DNA of 32,000 nucleotides from NCBI GenBank assembly GCA_026387835.1, contig JAPLKZ010000007.1, positions 65,284 to 97,283 of the forward strand. Direction: 5' to 3'. Source of the DNA: Candidatus Saganbacteria bacterium (lineage in GTDB: Bacteria; Margulisbacteria; WOR-1; JAKLHX01). A program made the translations under genes and the position numbers. Shown here one piece after another: positions 16,990 to 25,428 of the stretch; position 1 is the first letter of the stretch, and each line of letters begins with the position of its first letter. The notes under the pieces were generated by a model, which saw nothing but the letters and a program-made list of their open reading frames with translations, made no database searches and was not told where the DNA came from.

Positions 16990-18131
16990 TGCCTATAAAA
17001 GTATTCTATGACGGCTATTATTTTTCCAGGGAAACGTACGGCGGCATATCAAGAATGTGGGAGAATATACTTTCAGGTCTTCTCTCGGAAGATTCTTTTG
17101 AATGTGTTATTCTCTCTGACAACCCGTGTAATGAAGCGTTTAAAAAAATATCCGCAAAAGGCAAAGGAAAAAATAATCTGAGGCACATCTTTCAGCCGGT
17201 CTTAAGACCCCGCAGAATATTTGATAATATCCGGTTGCGCGGCCTCATACTTGATCTGGCTGCGTTAAGAAACGGCATCTTCCGCGACTATATTTTCCAT
17301 TCAACGCTTAACACTCTGCCGATGTTCACTTTTAAGAACAGGATAGTTACTACTGTGCATGATCTCAATTTTCAGCTTTTCCCGGAGTTGTTGGGAGGCT
17401 CTGCAGGGCATAAGAACTTTGTCCTTTCGGATAAATTGACAATAGAAAGGTCAAAAAAGCTTATTGCAGTGTCGCAAACCACAAAGAGCGATATTTTAAA
17501 ACTGTTTAAAGGCGTTGATCCGGATAAGATCGATGTGATATACCACGGTTTAAACAGCAAATATCTCGATCAGGAGATCATCGGCAATAAAACCGATATA
17601 AAATATTTTCTTTTTGTCGGCGGCAGGAACCTGTACAAAAATTATCCTTTGCTGCTTAGAACATTTGGGAAGCTCTATAAAAAATATAACGGCATTAAAC
17701 TTATTACTGTCGGTCCTGATACCGGAAATAAAGACAAGCAGCTTGAAGAAGGAATAATAAGAGAAAACAAGCTTGAAGATGCTGTTGTTGACAAAGGATA
17801 TCTTTCGGATGAAGAGCTGATACGTCTTTACAAGGGTGCTACCGCCCTTGTTTTTCCGAGCCTGTACGAAGGCTTTGGCTTTCCTCTGCTGGAAGCTATG
17901 TCCTGTGGTTGTCCGGTCATTGCTTCTGATATCCCTGTTTTTAGGGAAATTGGGAAAGATAATGTTGAATATTTTGATCCGAAAAGTCCGGACGAACTGT
18001 TCAGGAAAATGGAAAACCGCCTGGCGGCATTTGCCGAGCCTTCCAGGATAAAGAATGCACACGCTTACGCGAACACTTTCAGATGGGAAACGGCTGTCAA
18101 AAAGACGATGGAAGTTTACAAAAAGATCTAG
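16989..18131 (+). CDS. Glycosyltransferase family 4 (GT-B, Glycos_transf_1)
   Basis: It has ALVFPSLYEGFGFPLLEAMSCGCPVIASDIPVFREI. GTG 16989 gives the N-terminus (M)PIKVFYDGYY, typical of GT4, preceded by a purine-rich GAAAGGGAAGAAG. The track start TTG 16965 is an alternative. Confidence 0.87.
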   Translation: MPIKVFYDGYYFSRETYGGISRMWENILSGLLSEDSFECVILSDNPCNEAFKKISAKGKGKNNLRHIFQPVLRPRRIFDNIRLRGLILDLAALRNGIFRDYIFHSTLNTLPMFTFKNRIVTTVHDLNFQLFPELLGGSAGHKNFVLSDKLTIERSKKLIAVSQTTKSDILKLFKGVDPDKIDVIYHGLNSKYLDQEIIGNKTDIKYFLFVGGRNLYKNYPLLLRTFGKLYKKYNGIKLITVGPDTGNKDKQLEEGIIRENKLEDAVVDKGYLSDEELIRLYKGATALVFPSLYEGFGFPLLEAMSCGCPVIASDIPVFREIGKDNVEYFDPKSPDELFRKMENRLAAFAEPSRIKNAHAYANTFRWETAVKKTMEVYKKI

Positions 18132-18141
18132 GAGGGAAACC

Positions 18142-19251
18142 ATGATACCTGTATCAAGGCCGTCGATAGGCGAAGAAGAACTAAGGGCTGTTAAGGAGAT
18201 CTTTGACAGCGGCTGGCTTGGAATGGGTTCAAAAGTAAAAGAATTTGAGGATAAGGTCCTGGAGTATTTAGGTGCAAAGGGCAGAGGCATTGTGGCGGTG
18301 AATACAGGGACATCCGCTCTTCATCTTGCGGTTGACTCGCTCGGGATAACCAAAGGCGATGAAGTGATAGTGCCTTCTCTGACGTTTGTAGCCTCACTGC
18401 AGGCAATATCGGCGACAGGAGCTGTTCCCGTATTTTGTGATATTGAAGCCGGTACTCTGAACATCAATATTGACGATGCCGCCTCAAAGATCACCAAAAA
18501 TACAAAGGCGGTAATGGCTGTCCATTACAGGGGGGAAGCTTTTGATATGGACAGGCTATTGGAGATAACCAAAAAGAACGGCTTGTCCCTGATCGAAGAC
18601 GCGGCGCACGCGTTTGGTTCGTCTTACAAAGGGAAAAAGATAGGTTCTATAGGAGACATCACCTGTTTTAGTTTTGATCCTATTAAAAACATTACCTGCG
18701 GGGAAGGCGGGGCAGTATTGGCCTCTGATGCGAAACTGATCGAGCTTATGCAGCAAAAAAGGATATTGGGAATTGACAAAGATACCTGGAGCAGATACCG
18801 CAACGAAAGAAACTGGTTCTACGACGTGGTGACCCAAGGTTATAGGTACCACATGAGCAATATAAACGCGGCCATAGGAATGGAACAGCTAAAAAAAATA
18901 GACAAGTTTATTAAAAGAAAGAAAGAAATTGCCTCGCGGTATGACAAGGAATTGTCGGGCGTTAAAGGGCTCGAAATAATCAAGACCAATTACAAAGAAA
19001 CGGCGTTGTTTACATATATCATAAAGGTAAAGAAGAACCGCGACGAACTTATGGACCATTTAAAAAAAGACGGCATCGGTTCCGGGATACACTATATTCC
19101 GAGTCATCATTTTACTTACTACAAAAAATACCGATCGGACCTTCCGGCCACTGATGAAGTATATAAACAGATCTTGACCTTGCCTCTTTATTACGACATG
19201 AAAGACGAGGATGTCTCAGAAGTGATCAGCTCGGTAAGATCTTTTTTTTGA
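18142..19251 (+). CDS. DegT/DnrJ/EryC1/StrS-family PLP-dependent sugar aminotransferase
   Basis: It has MIPVSRPSIGEEELRAVKEIFDSGWLGMG, IEDAAHAFGS and CFSFDPIKNITCGEGGAV (the PLP lysine). ATG 18142 has GGAGGG 5 nt upstream. The track start of 18055 adds an implausible basic extension. Confidence 0.92.
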   Translation: MIPVSRPSIGEEELRAVKEIFDSGWLGMGSKVKEFEDKVLEYLGAKGRGIVAVNTGTSALHLAVDSLGITKGDEVIVPSLTFVASLQAISATGAVPVFCDIEAGTLNINIDDAASKITKNTKAVMAVHYRGEAFDMDRLLEITKKNGLSLIEDAAHAFGSSYKGKKIGSIGDITCFSFDPIKNITCGEGGAVLASDAKLIELMQQKRILGIDKDTWSRYRNERNWFYDVVTQGYRYHMSNINAAIGMEQLKKIDKFIKRKKEIASRYDKELSGVKGLEIIKTNYKETALFTYIIKVKKNRDELMDHLKKDGIGSGIHYIPSHHFTYYKKYRSDLPATDEVYKQILTLPLYYDMKDEDVSEVISSVRSFF

Positions 19252-19264
19252 AGGAGAACTGTTC

Positions 19265-20203
19265 ATGCCCCTGGTAAGCGTAAATATACCGGTCTTTAAC
19301 TGCGAGAGATATATTAAAGAAACAGTGGAAAGTGTTCTTTCTCAAACTTTTCAGGACTATGAGATTATCCTGATAGATGACGGGTCAAAGGACCGGACTT
19401 CTGAAATAATAAAAACCATGACAGATCCAAGGATTAAATATTTTTATCAGGAAAATCAGGGGATAGGCGCCGCAAGAAATTCGGCGATAGAGCGTTCAAG
19501 CGGAAAATACATAGCCTTTCTTGATCACGACGATCTGTGGCTGCCGGAAAAACTAGAAAAACAAATGCGGCTATTTCAAAAAACCCCAAAACCAGGGCTT
19601 GTTTATTGCGATACGACCTTCTTTAATGAAAAAGGAGACCTTTATTCCTTCTACTCCAAAAGCAAACCTAGCAGAGGGATGATATTCAGAGATCTTTTGC
19701 GAAAATATAATCTCTCGCTCGAGACGGTAGTGATAGACAGGAAAGTCCTAAAAGAAACAGGCTTGTTTGATCCGGAAATGATGATGGTGGAGGAATATGA
19801 TCTTTTTCTGAGGATTGCCAGCAAATATCCGGCAGATTATGTGGACGAACCTTTGGCTAAATACAGGATCCATGACAGGAACTACAGCTGGGGCAGAGAG
19901 AGCGATGCCATAAGAGAAGAAAAAAAGGTCCTTGAAAAACTGAACGAATTTATTCCAAACTTCAAAAGTGATTACTCAATTGAACTGACAGGCGTGAAGA
20001 TGAACTTTAAAAAGAGGGAGGGGCTTCTTGAGTGGAAGAGGGGAGAAAAAAACAGGGCAGGCCGGATCTTTACGGAAATATTTAAAGATACGGCAAATAT
20101 TAAAGTTCTTTTGTTGCTGATTTTTAGCAGATTTATGACTTATACGGCTTTTTCCGATTTGATAAGCAAGCTATTAGGCAAAAGGTTCCAATTATTTGAA
20201 TAA
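19265..20203 (+). CDS. Glycosyltransferase family 2
   Basis: It has VSVNIPVFNCERYIKETVESVLSQTFQDYEIILIDDGSKDRT and IAFLDHDDLW. An AAGGAG RBS lies upstream. Confidence 0.9.
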   Translation: MPLVSVNIPVFNCERYIKETVESVLSQTFQDYEIILIDDGSKDRTSEIIKTMTDPRIKYFYQENQGIGAARNSAIERSSGKYIAFLDHDDLWLPEKLEKQMRLFQKTPKPGLVYCDTTFFNEKGDLYSFYSKSKPSRGMIFRDLLRKYNLSLETVVIDRKVLKETGLFDPEMMMVEEYDLFLRIASKYPADYVDEPLAKYRIHDRNYSWGRESDAIREEKKVLEKLNEFIPNFKSDYSIELTGVKMNFKKREGLLEWKRGEKNRAGRIFTEIFKDTANIKVLLLLIFSRFMTYTAFSDLISKLLGKRFQLFE

Positions 20204-20215
20204 CAGGAGGATCCA

Positions 20216-21082
20216 ATGATCCTTGTCACGGGCGCGAACGGAATGGTCGGTTCTTACGTAAAAGAAGTCTTTTGTGATGAAGAGCTCATTTTAACAGATC
20301 TTCCGGAGCTGGATATCAGCAAAAGGGCGTCTCTTGAGGGAAAACTGAATAAATATAGGCCGGAATATGTGCTTCATCTTGCGGCAGAGACCAATGTTGA
20401 CAAATGTGAGACAGAGATTGAGCACGCTTATAAGATCAATGTTGAAGGCACAAAGAATGTGGCCGAAGCTTGCAAACGGCTTGGTTCGACGCTTATCTAC
20501 ATAAGCACCGGATACGTGTTTAACGGAAAAGGCAGGCAGCTCCATAGCGAAAATGACAGGGCCGACCCTCAAAATGTCTATGGCAGGACAAAGCTTGAGG
20601 GGGAAAAGATCGTACGGGAAATTCTCGAAAAATATTATATTTTCAGAGCTGATTGGATGATAGGCGGAGGTCCGCAGCGGGATAAGAAATATGTGGGTCA
20701 GATCATAAGAAAGTGTGAGCAAAATTCGGACATAGAAGCGATTGAGGATCAATATAGCACCCCAACATTTGCCGGGGATTTTTTAGCCGGAATAAAGCTT
20801 GTGACAAAAACACAACCTTGCGGTCTTTATCATCTTGCGAATAAGGGCATCTGCAGCCGGTATGAGATGGCCGTGGAAATTGCAAGACAATTGGGAACAA
20901 AAAATAAAGTAATTCCCGTACCGTCAAGCGTTTTTAAAGCACCCGCAAAAAGGGCGCAATCCACCGCTCTGCGGAACTTTAAGCTTGAGCAACTGGGGCT
21001 TGATATAATGCCTGGATGGAAAATATCACTTGAAAAATATTTGAATGAATGGAGGCATGAACAAAGCTTTTATGCCAAATAA
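20216..21082 (+). CDS. RmlD-like NAD(P)H-dependent 4-ketoreductase (dTDP-4-dehydrorhamnose reductase family)
   Basis: It has MILVTGANGMVGSYV, HLAAETNVDKCE and YGRTKLEGE (YxxxK). It is 288 aa with an AGGAGG RBS. No rmlA/B/C is in the window, so I assign no gene symbol. Confidence 0.82.
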   Translation: MILVTGANGMVGSYVKEVFCDEELILTDLPELDISKRASLEGKLNKYRPEYVLHLAAETNVDKCETEIEHAYKINVEGTKNVAEACKRLGSTLIYISTGYVFNGKGRQLHSENDRADPQNVYGRTKLEGEKIVREILEKYYIFRADWMIGGGPQRDKKYVGQIIRKCEQNSDIEAIEDQYSTPTFAGDFLAGIKLVTKTQPCGLYHLANKGICSRYEMAVEIARQLGTKNKVIPVPSSVFKAPAKRAQSTALRNFKLEQLGLDIMPGWKISLEKYLNEWRHEQSFYAK

Positions 21083-21971
21083 TTGTGTTGCATTAATGTA
21101 TCACAGGATCAGGCCCCGACTTCCTGGAGGCAGGATATATCCTAATGACGTTATAACAGTTTATGTAGATGAGTTTGATAAGCAGGTAGCATTCCTCAAA
21201 AAGAATTTTAGTGTATTATCAAAAAATGAATTTGTGGAATGTGTTGAGAAAGGCCTCATTTTTCCAAAAAAATCAGTATTAATTACATTCGATGACGGGC
21301 AGACGGATATTTATGAGTTTGCATATCCGATCTTGAAGAAACACAATGTTCCTGCAATAGTATTTCTCCCGACAGATTTTATAGGCACAAACAAGGTGAT
21401 TTGGTGGGATGAATTAGAGTCATATTTAATGGGTTCTTCCATTTCCGGTAATGAAATAGCGCTTCAAATGGCTAAAATGCAAGAAGAGGAAAGAAGGAAA
21501 TGGCTAGATAAAATAAAACTGCAGTATAAAACAGGCGATTTAATATTAAATAGATCTGCATTGACGTGGCAAGAAATAAAGGAGATGACCGATCTTATAT
21601 CATTTCAACCGCACACAAAAAACCACGTACGACTTTCAAATGTTTTGCAAGAGGAAGCGAGAAATGAAATATTAGGATCAAAGCAAGCGATCGAAGAAAA
21701 TCTTGGAATTGTTGCTGATGTATTTGCTTATCCCTATGGCGGAATATCAGATTATAACGAAACTCATGAACTTATTCTTACGAATAATGGTTTTAAGCTG
21801 TCATTTTCAACCTCCGAATGGCATATAAATAAAAGAAGCAGAGTTTTTGCTTTGCCAAGAGTAGCCGTTAACTCCTCAGATAATCTTTTTTTGTTTAGAA
21901 TAAAACTGTCGTGGCTCCCGGTTTTGTTAAAAAGGGCCATAAGGAAGATATATAATAAGTGCAAAAAATAA
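21057..21971 (+). CDS. Polysaccharide deacetylase (NodB homology domain, CE4)
   Basis: It has VLITFDDGQTDIYEFAYPILKKHNVPAIVFLPTDFIG and FQPHTKNH. ATG 21057 follows GGAGG; the track start is 21045. Confidence 0.85.
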   Translation: MNKAFMPNNCVALMYHRIRPRLPGGRIYPNDVITVYVDEFDKQVAFLKKNFSVLSKNEFVECVEKGLIFPKKSVLITFDDGQTDIYEFAYPILKKHNVPAIVFLPTDFIGTNKVIWWDELESYLMGSSISGNEIALQMAKMQEEERRKWLDKIKLQYKTGDLILNRSALTWQEIKEMTDLISFQPHTKNHVRLSNVLQEEARNEILGSKQAIEENLGIVADVFAYPYGGISDYNETHELILTNNGFKLSFSTSEWHINKRSRVFALPRVAVNSSDNLFLFRIKLSWLPVLLKRAIRKIYNKCKK

Positions 21972-23002
21972 CTATTGCTCCGGTGTTGGACTTTAGATCG
22001 TTTTTTGGGAAAAGATACGGCTATCCCGAGCCGTTGGACGGCAGTGATGTGTTTTTCTTCGGTTTTGCCAGAACGGCGCTTATGTACGGCCTGAAGGCGC
22101 TTGGCATACAAAAAGGCGGCACGGTATTAATCCCCTCGTATATATGCAATGTTGTACTGGCCCCTTTTAATTATACGGGGATCAATGTTGAATATTTTGA
22201 TGTTAAGCGCGATCTTTCGCCGGATATTGATGATATCAAAAGCAAGATCACAAAAAACGCAAAAGCTATTCTTGCGGTAAATTATTTTGGTTTTCCGTCA
22301 AAAATTGATGAGATAAAGCGGGTCTGTGCTGAAAATAGGCTTTTATATATTGAGGATAATGCCCATGGTTTTTTGAGCGGATATCAGGGGCATCCTTTGG
22401 GTAGCTTTGGCGATATTTCGATATTCAGCATAAGAAAAACGCTTCCGGTACCTAATGGCGCGGCCCTAAAGATCAATAATTCCCGGATATTTGCGAATAT
22501 AGATCCTTTGCTTAAAGCAGGCCGAGGCGACGCGGCGTTCTTATTAAGGCAGCTGAATCTGAATATAGAAGATGTTTTCGGGGTCAATTTGGTCAAGGCG
22601 CTGAAAAATCCGCCGGGCAAAAATGATATCTATGACCCAAAGGACGAAAGTATAGAGGAAGAAACTAATCTGGAAAAATATCTTGTGAGGCGATCAAAAC
22701 TCGCAGAGTTCATCGCCAAAAGAAGCGATTATGAAAACATAAAGAAGGTCCGCAGAAATGCTTTTTCATATTTGCTAAGAACTGTTAAAGATGCCGAGCC
22801 GGTATTTAAGGAACTGCCTGACGGAGTTGTTCCGTACGCCTTTCCGGTTTATGTCAAGGATGTCAAGGGCTTTATCAGAGATATGTGTCAAAAGGGTATT
22901 TACTGTTCTCCCTGGCCTACGCTTCCTTCAAGCTTAAAAGAATGCCCCGGGTTTTATAGGCAGGTAGTCCTCGTCCCGGTTTGGAGGGAATATGGAAACT
23001 AA
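21959..23002 (+). CDS. DegT-like fold-type-I PLP-enzyme homologue of uncertain activity
   Basis: It has ARTALMYGLKALGIQKGGTVLIPSYICNVV, LLYIEDNAHGF and GDISIFSIRKTLPVPNGAAL, arranged as in DegT aminotransferases but divergent. It has a GTG start. Confidence 0.62.
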   Translation: MQKITIAPVLDFRSFFGKRYGYPEPLDGSDVFFFGFARTALMYGLKALGIQKGGTVLIPSYICNVVLAPFNYTGINVEYFDVKRDLSPDIDDIKSKITKNAKAILAVNYFGFPSKIDEIKRVCAENRLLYIEDNAHGFLSGYQGHPLGSFGDISIFSIRKTLPVPNGAALKINNSRIFANIDPLLKAGRGDAAFLLRQLNLNIEDVFGVNLVKALKNPPGKNDIYDPKDESIEEETNLEKYLVRRSKLAEFIAKRSDYENIKKVRRNAFSYLLRTVKDAEPVFKELPDGVVPYAFPVYVKDVKGFIRDMCQKGIYCSPWPTLPSSLKECPGFYRQVVLVPVWREYGN

Positions 23003-24134
23003 GATCATCCGTGATCTTAATGAATTCGAAGCGATAAAAGACAAGTGGAACGCGGCTCAGAAGAGCCCGTCAAACATCTTTTTCCTGAGGCACGAATGGC
23101 TTTTAAACTGGTGGAAGTGCTTTGGCGCAGGCAACGGATTGTTTGTCGTATTGATAATAGAAGGCGATAATATTGTCGCGGCCGCGCCGATGATGATACT
23201 CAGAAAAAAATACTTCGGCGTACTGGAGGTCAGAAAGCTTCAATTCATAGCCCATGAGGTCTCCGATTATCTGGATTTTATTATTGTAAAAGATCATGCG
23301 GATAATTTTGCCCTGTTGATAAAACAGATTGAATCGCTCTCATCATTATGGGACTGGGCCGAATTTCTTTATATACCCCAAACATCCGCGTATTTTGAAT
23401 GCTGGAGCAATATAACGTCAGAATTCTTCAGCAGCAGCTTTGAGGAAAAAGATGTCTCCATATTAGCGGATATCGGGCAGTTCGAAAATTTTGCGGGATA
23501 TCTTAAAAGCCTGCATAAAAAGGTAAGGTCCGATGTTGTGCGGCAGTTTAACAATATTAAAAAACTTGGGGAGCTTAAGTTGGAAGTGTGCAATGAACGC
23601 GGTAAAATAGACGGTTTGCTTAACGTTTTTTTTGATCTGCACAAGAAAAAATGGAAAAAAGAAAAGCACGTAAGCCAGTTCCATGATGAATCGCTTATGA
23701 ACAGGTACCGCTTGCTTTCAAGAGATCTGGACGGCAGCGGAATGCTGGAAATGTCATGCCTTTACTGCGCCGGTAATATCGTTGCCATGCATTACGGGTT
23801 CGTTTACGCTGATAGATATTATTGGTATACGCCGACTTATAACCCCCAGTACCGGCAATATTCCCCCGGAAAGCTTTTGCTCGCGAGCCTTATAGAAAAC
23901 GCGATAAAAAGAGGCATTAAAATATTCGATCTTTTGAGAGGAAATGAGCAGTATAAATATTTCTGGACCCGGAAACGGGAGCTGCTATTTGGGACTGTTT
24001 TTGTGAACAGGCGCCTGCCATCCGTAATTAAATATCTTTTCTCAAAAGGGATAAAAGACATGTTTTTGAGAACTGTTGCCGGGCAAAAGCTTAAGAGCAT
24101 TAAAGCAAAAATCAGGTTTTTAATAAAAAAATGA
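22992..24134 (+). CDS. CelD/BioF2-like GNAT (Acetyltransf_6, FemAB-related) acyl/aminoacyl-transferase
   Basis: It has a Trp-rich N-terminus (HEWLLNWWKCFG) and the C-terminal sequence YSPGKLLLASLIENAIKRGIKIFDLLRGNEQYKYFW, characteristic of the CelD-type family. A GGAGGG RBS lies upstream. Confidence 0.7.
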   Translation: METKIIRDLNEFEAIKDKWNAAQKSPSNIFFLRHEWLLNWWKCFGAGNGLFVVLIIEGDNIVAAAPMMILRKKYFGVLEVRKLQFIAHEVSDYLDFIIVKDHADNFALLIKQIESLSSLWDWAEFLYIPQTSAYFECWSNITSEFFSSSFEEKDVSILADIGQFENFAGYLKSLHKKVRSDVVRQFNNIKKLGELKLEVCNERGKIDGLLNVFFDLHKKKWKKEKHVSQFHDESLMNRYRLLSRDLDGSGMLEMSCLYCAGNIVAMHYGFVYADRYYWYTPTYNPQYRQYSPGKLLLASLIENAIKRGIKIFDLLRGNEQYKYFWTRKRELLFGTVFVNRRLPSVIKYLFSKGIKDMFLRTVAGQKLKSIKAKIRFLIKK

Positions 24135-25270
24135 AGAAGATCGTATTTTACAGCGATTCCGCTGAATTCGGCGGAGCCGAAAAATATCTGGTCGATTTGA
24201 TCAATAAGCTCGACAGGGCCAAGTATCGATCAATATGCGTTCTTCCAAAAAACAAAAACAGCTTCAAATTCAGGGGCAAAATCAATAATACAAAAATATA
24301 TGAGCTTTCAAGACCGCGAATATGGCTTGGCCTGACAGGTATATTAATGAAGGAAAAACCTGATATTGTCCACCTCAATATGCATGTTCCTTTCTCATGC
24401 TTTTTTGCTATTCTCGCTTCGAAATTGACCAAAGTACATGGATTGCTGGCTACTGTTCATTCAGTAGTGCCGCCTGCATCGAGATCTTTATTGTTGAAGT
24501 TTATTAAGCATCGGCTTTCAAATTTATTGCTTACTAAAATAGATGCGTTTATCTGCGTTTCAAGGAACAGCAAAGAAATGTTTGCCGAAAATTACAAAAT
24601 CGATAATGACAAAATATCTGTTGTCTATAATGGCATAGACATGAGTGATGCGGAAGGGTCTGATGCAGCAGGGCTAAAAAAACAACTTGGGATAAACGGG
24701 CGCGACAGGATCGTCGGTGTTGTATCAAGAATTGTCAAAGATAAAGGTGTTGATGATTTTCTCCGGGCGTCAAAAAAGGTCCTCGCTTCATGTCCTGATA
24801 CAACTTTCCTGATCGCGGGGGACGGATATCTTGGGGATAAGATGAAGGACCTGTCGGTTTCTCTTGGTATCAGCAAAAAAGTCGTTTTTGCAGGTGAAGT
24901 CAAGGATGTCTTCAGCCATATCAACATTATGGATATTTGTGTTATGCCATCCCGTCACGAATCCATGCCATATGTTATTCTTGAATATATAGCGATGGGG
25001 AAGCCGGCCATTGCCTCAAAAGTGGGCGGAATTCCTGAAGTTTTGGATGATGGGGTAAATGGAATTTTGTTTGAGCCGAAAGACATTGATAAATTAGCTC
25101 AGAAAGCCGTTGAACTGCTCGATAATAAGGAAAAAGCGCTTGAAATATCGCGGAATGCTAAAATAAAATCCGATGAATATACCATCGAAAAAATGATCGA
25201 AAGGACTATCAATGTTTATGAATCTATAGAAAGCCCCATAATAATAAAGGAGAGTATTAATGAAGAATAA
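24131..25270 (+). CDS. Glycosyltransferase family 4
   Basis: It has FGGAEKY at the N-terminus and MPSRHESMPYVILEYIAMGKPAIASKVGGIPEVLDDGVNGILFEPKD. It overlaps the upstream gene by ATGA. Confidence 0.9.
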   Translation: MKKIVFYSDSAEFGGAEKYLVDLINKLDRAKYRSICVLPKNKNSFKFRGKINNTKIYELSRPRIWLGLTGILMKEKPDIVHLNMHVPFSCFFAILASKLTKVHGLLATVHSVVPPASRSLLLKFIKHRLSNLLLTKIDAFICVSRNSKEMFAENYKIDNDKISVVYNGIDMSDAEGSDAAGLKKQLGINGRDRIVGVVSRIVKDKGVDDFLRASKKVLASCPDTTFLIAGDGYLGDKMKDLSVSLGISKKVVFAGEVKDVFSHINIMDICVMPSRHESMPYVILEYIAMGKPAIASKVGGIPEVLDDGVNGILFEPKDIDKLAQKAVELLDNKEKALEISRNAKIKSDEYTIEKMIERTINVYESIESPIIIKESINEE

Positions 25271-25424
25271 AGAAATGCCCGTTAAAAATTATAAAAAACG
25301 AAAACACGTTATATTTGCATATCTTCTTTTTGCTCCGACATTATTAAACATAAATATTGCAAGGTTCGTCATTGAAAGTGAAAATAATATTAGTAATCTT
25401 GTAAATAAAATCATTGAGGTGTAA
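25260..25424 (+). CDS. Unlisted 54-aa small ORF (MKNKEMPVKNYKKRKHVIFAYLLFAPTLLNINIARFVIESENNISNLVNKIIEV), hypothetical
   Basis: It is below the 60-aa track cutoff; I translated it by hand. AAGGAG lies at 25247-25252, 7 nt before ATG 25260. Its TAA stop ends 4 nt before the radical SAM start. It has a basic N-terminus followed by a hydrophobic stretch. Coding status is unproven. Confidence 0.3.
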   Translation: MKNKEMPVKNYKKRKHVIFAYLLFAPTLLNINIARFVIESENNISNLVNKIIEV

Positions 25425-25428
25425 GCAA

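Noticed and set aside
260-25428. N-terminal extensions implied by the longest-ORF track starts at 260, 2805, 10369, 14924, 16965, 18055, 21045 and 25414.
   Set aside because: Several use TTG. They add atypical basic or hydrophobic leaders and ignore downstream ATG/GTG codons that have good Shine-Dalgarno spacing or ATGA coupling. I used the internal starts. Positions 260 and 16965 remain plausible alternatives.
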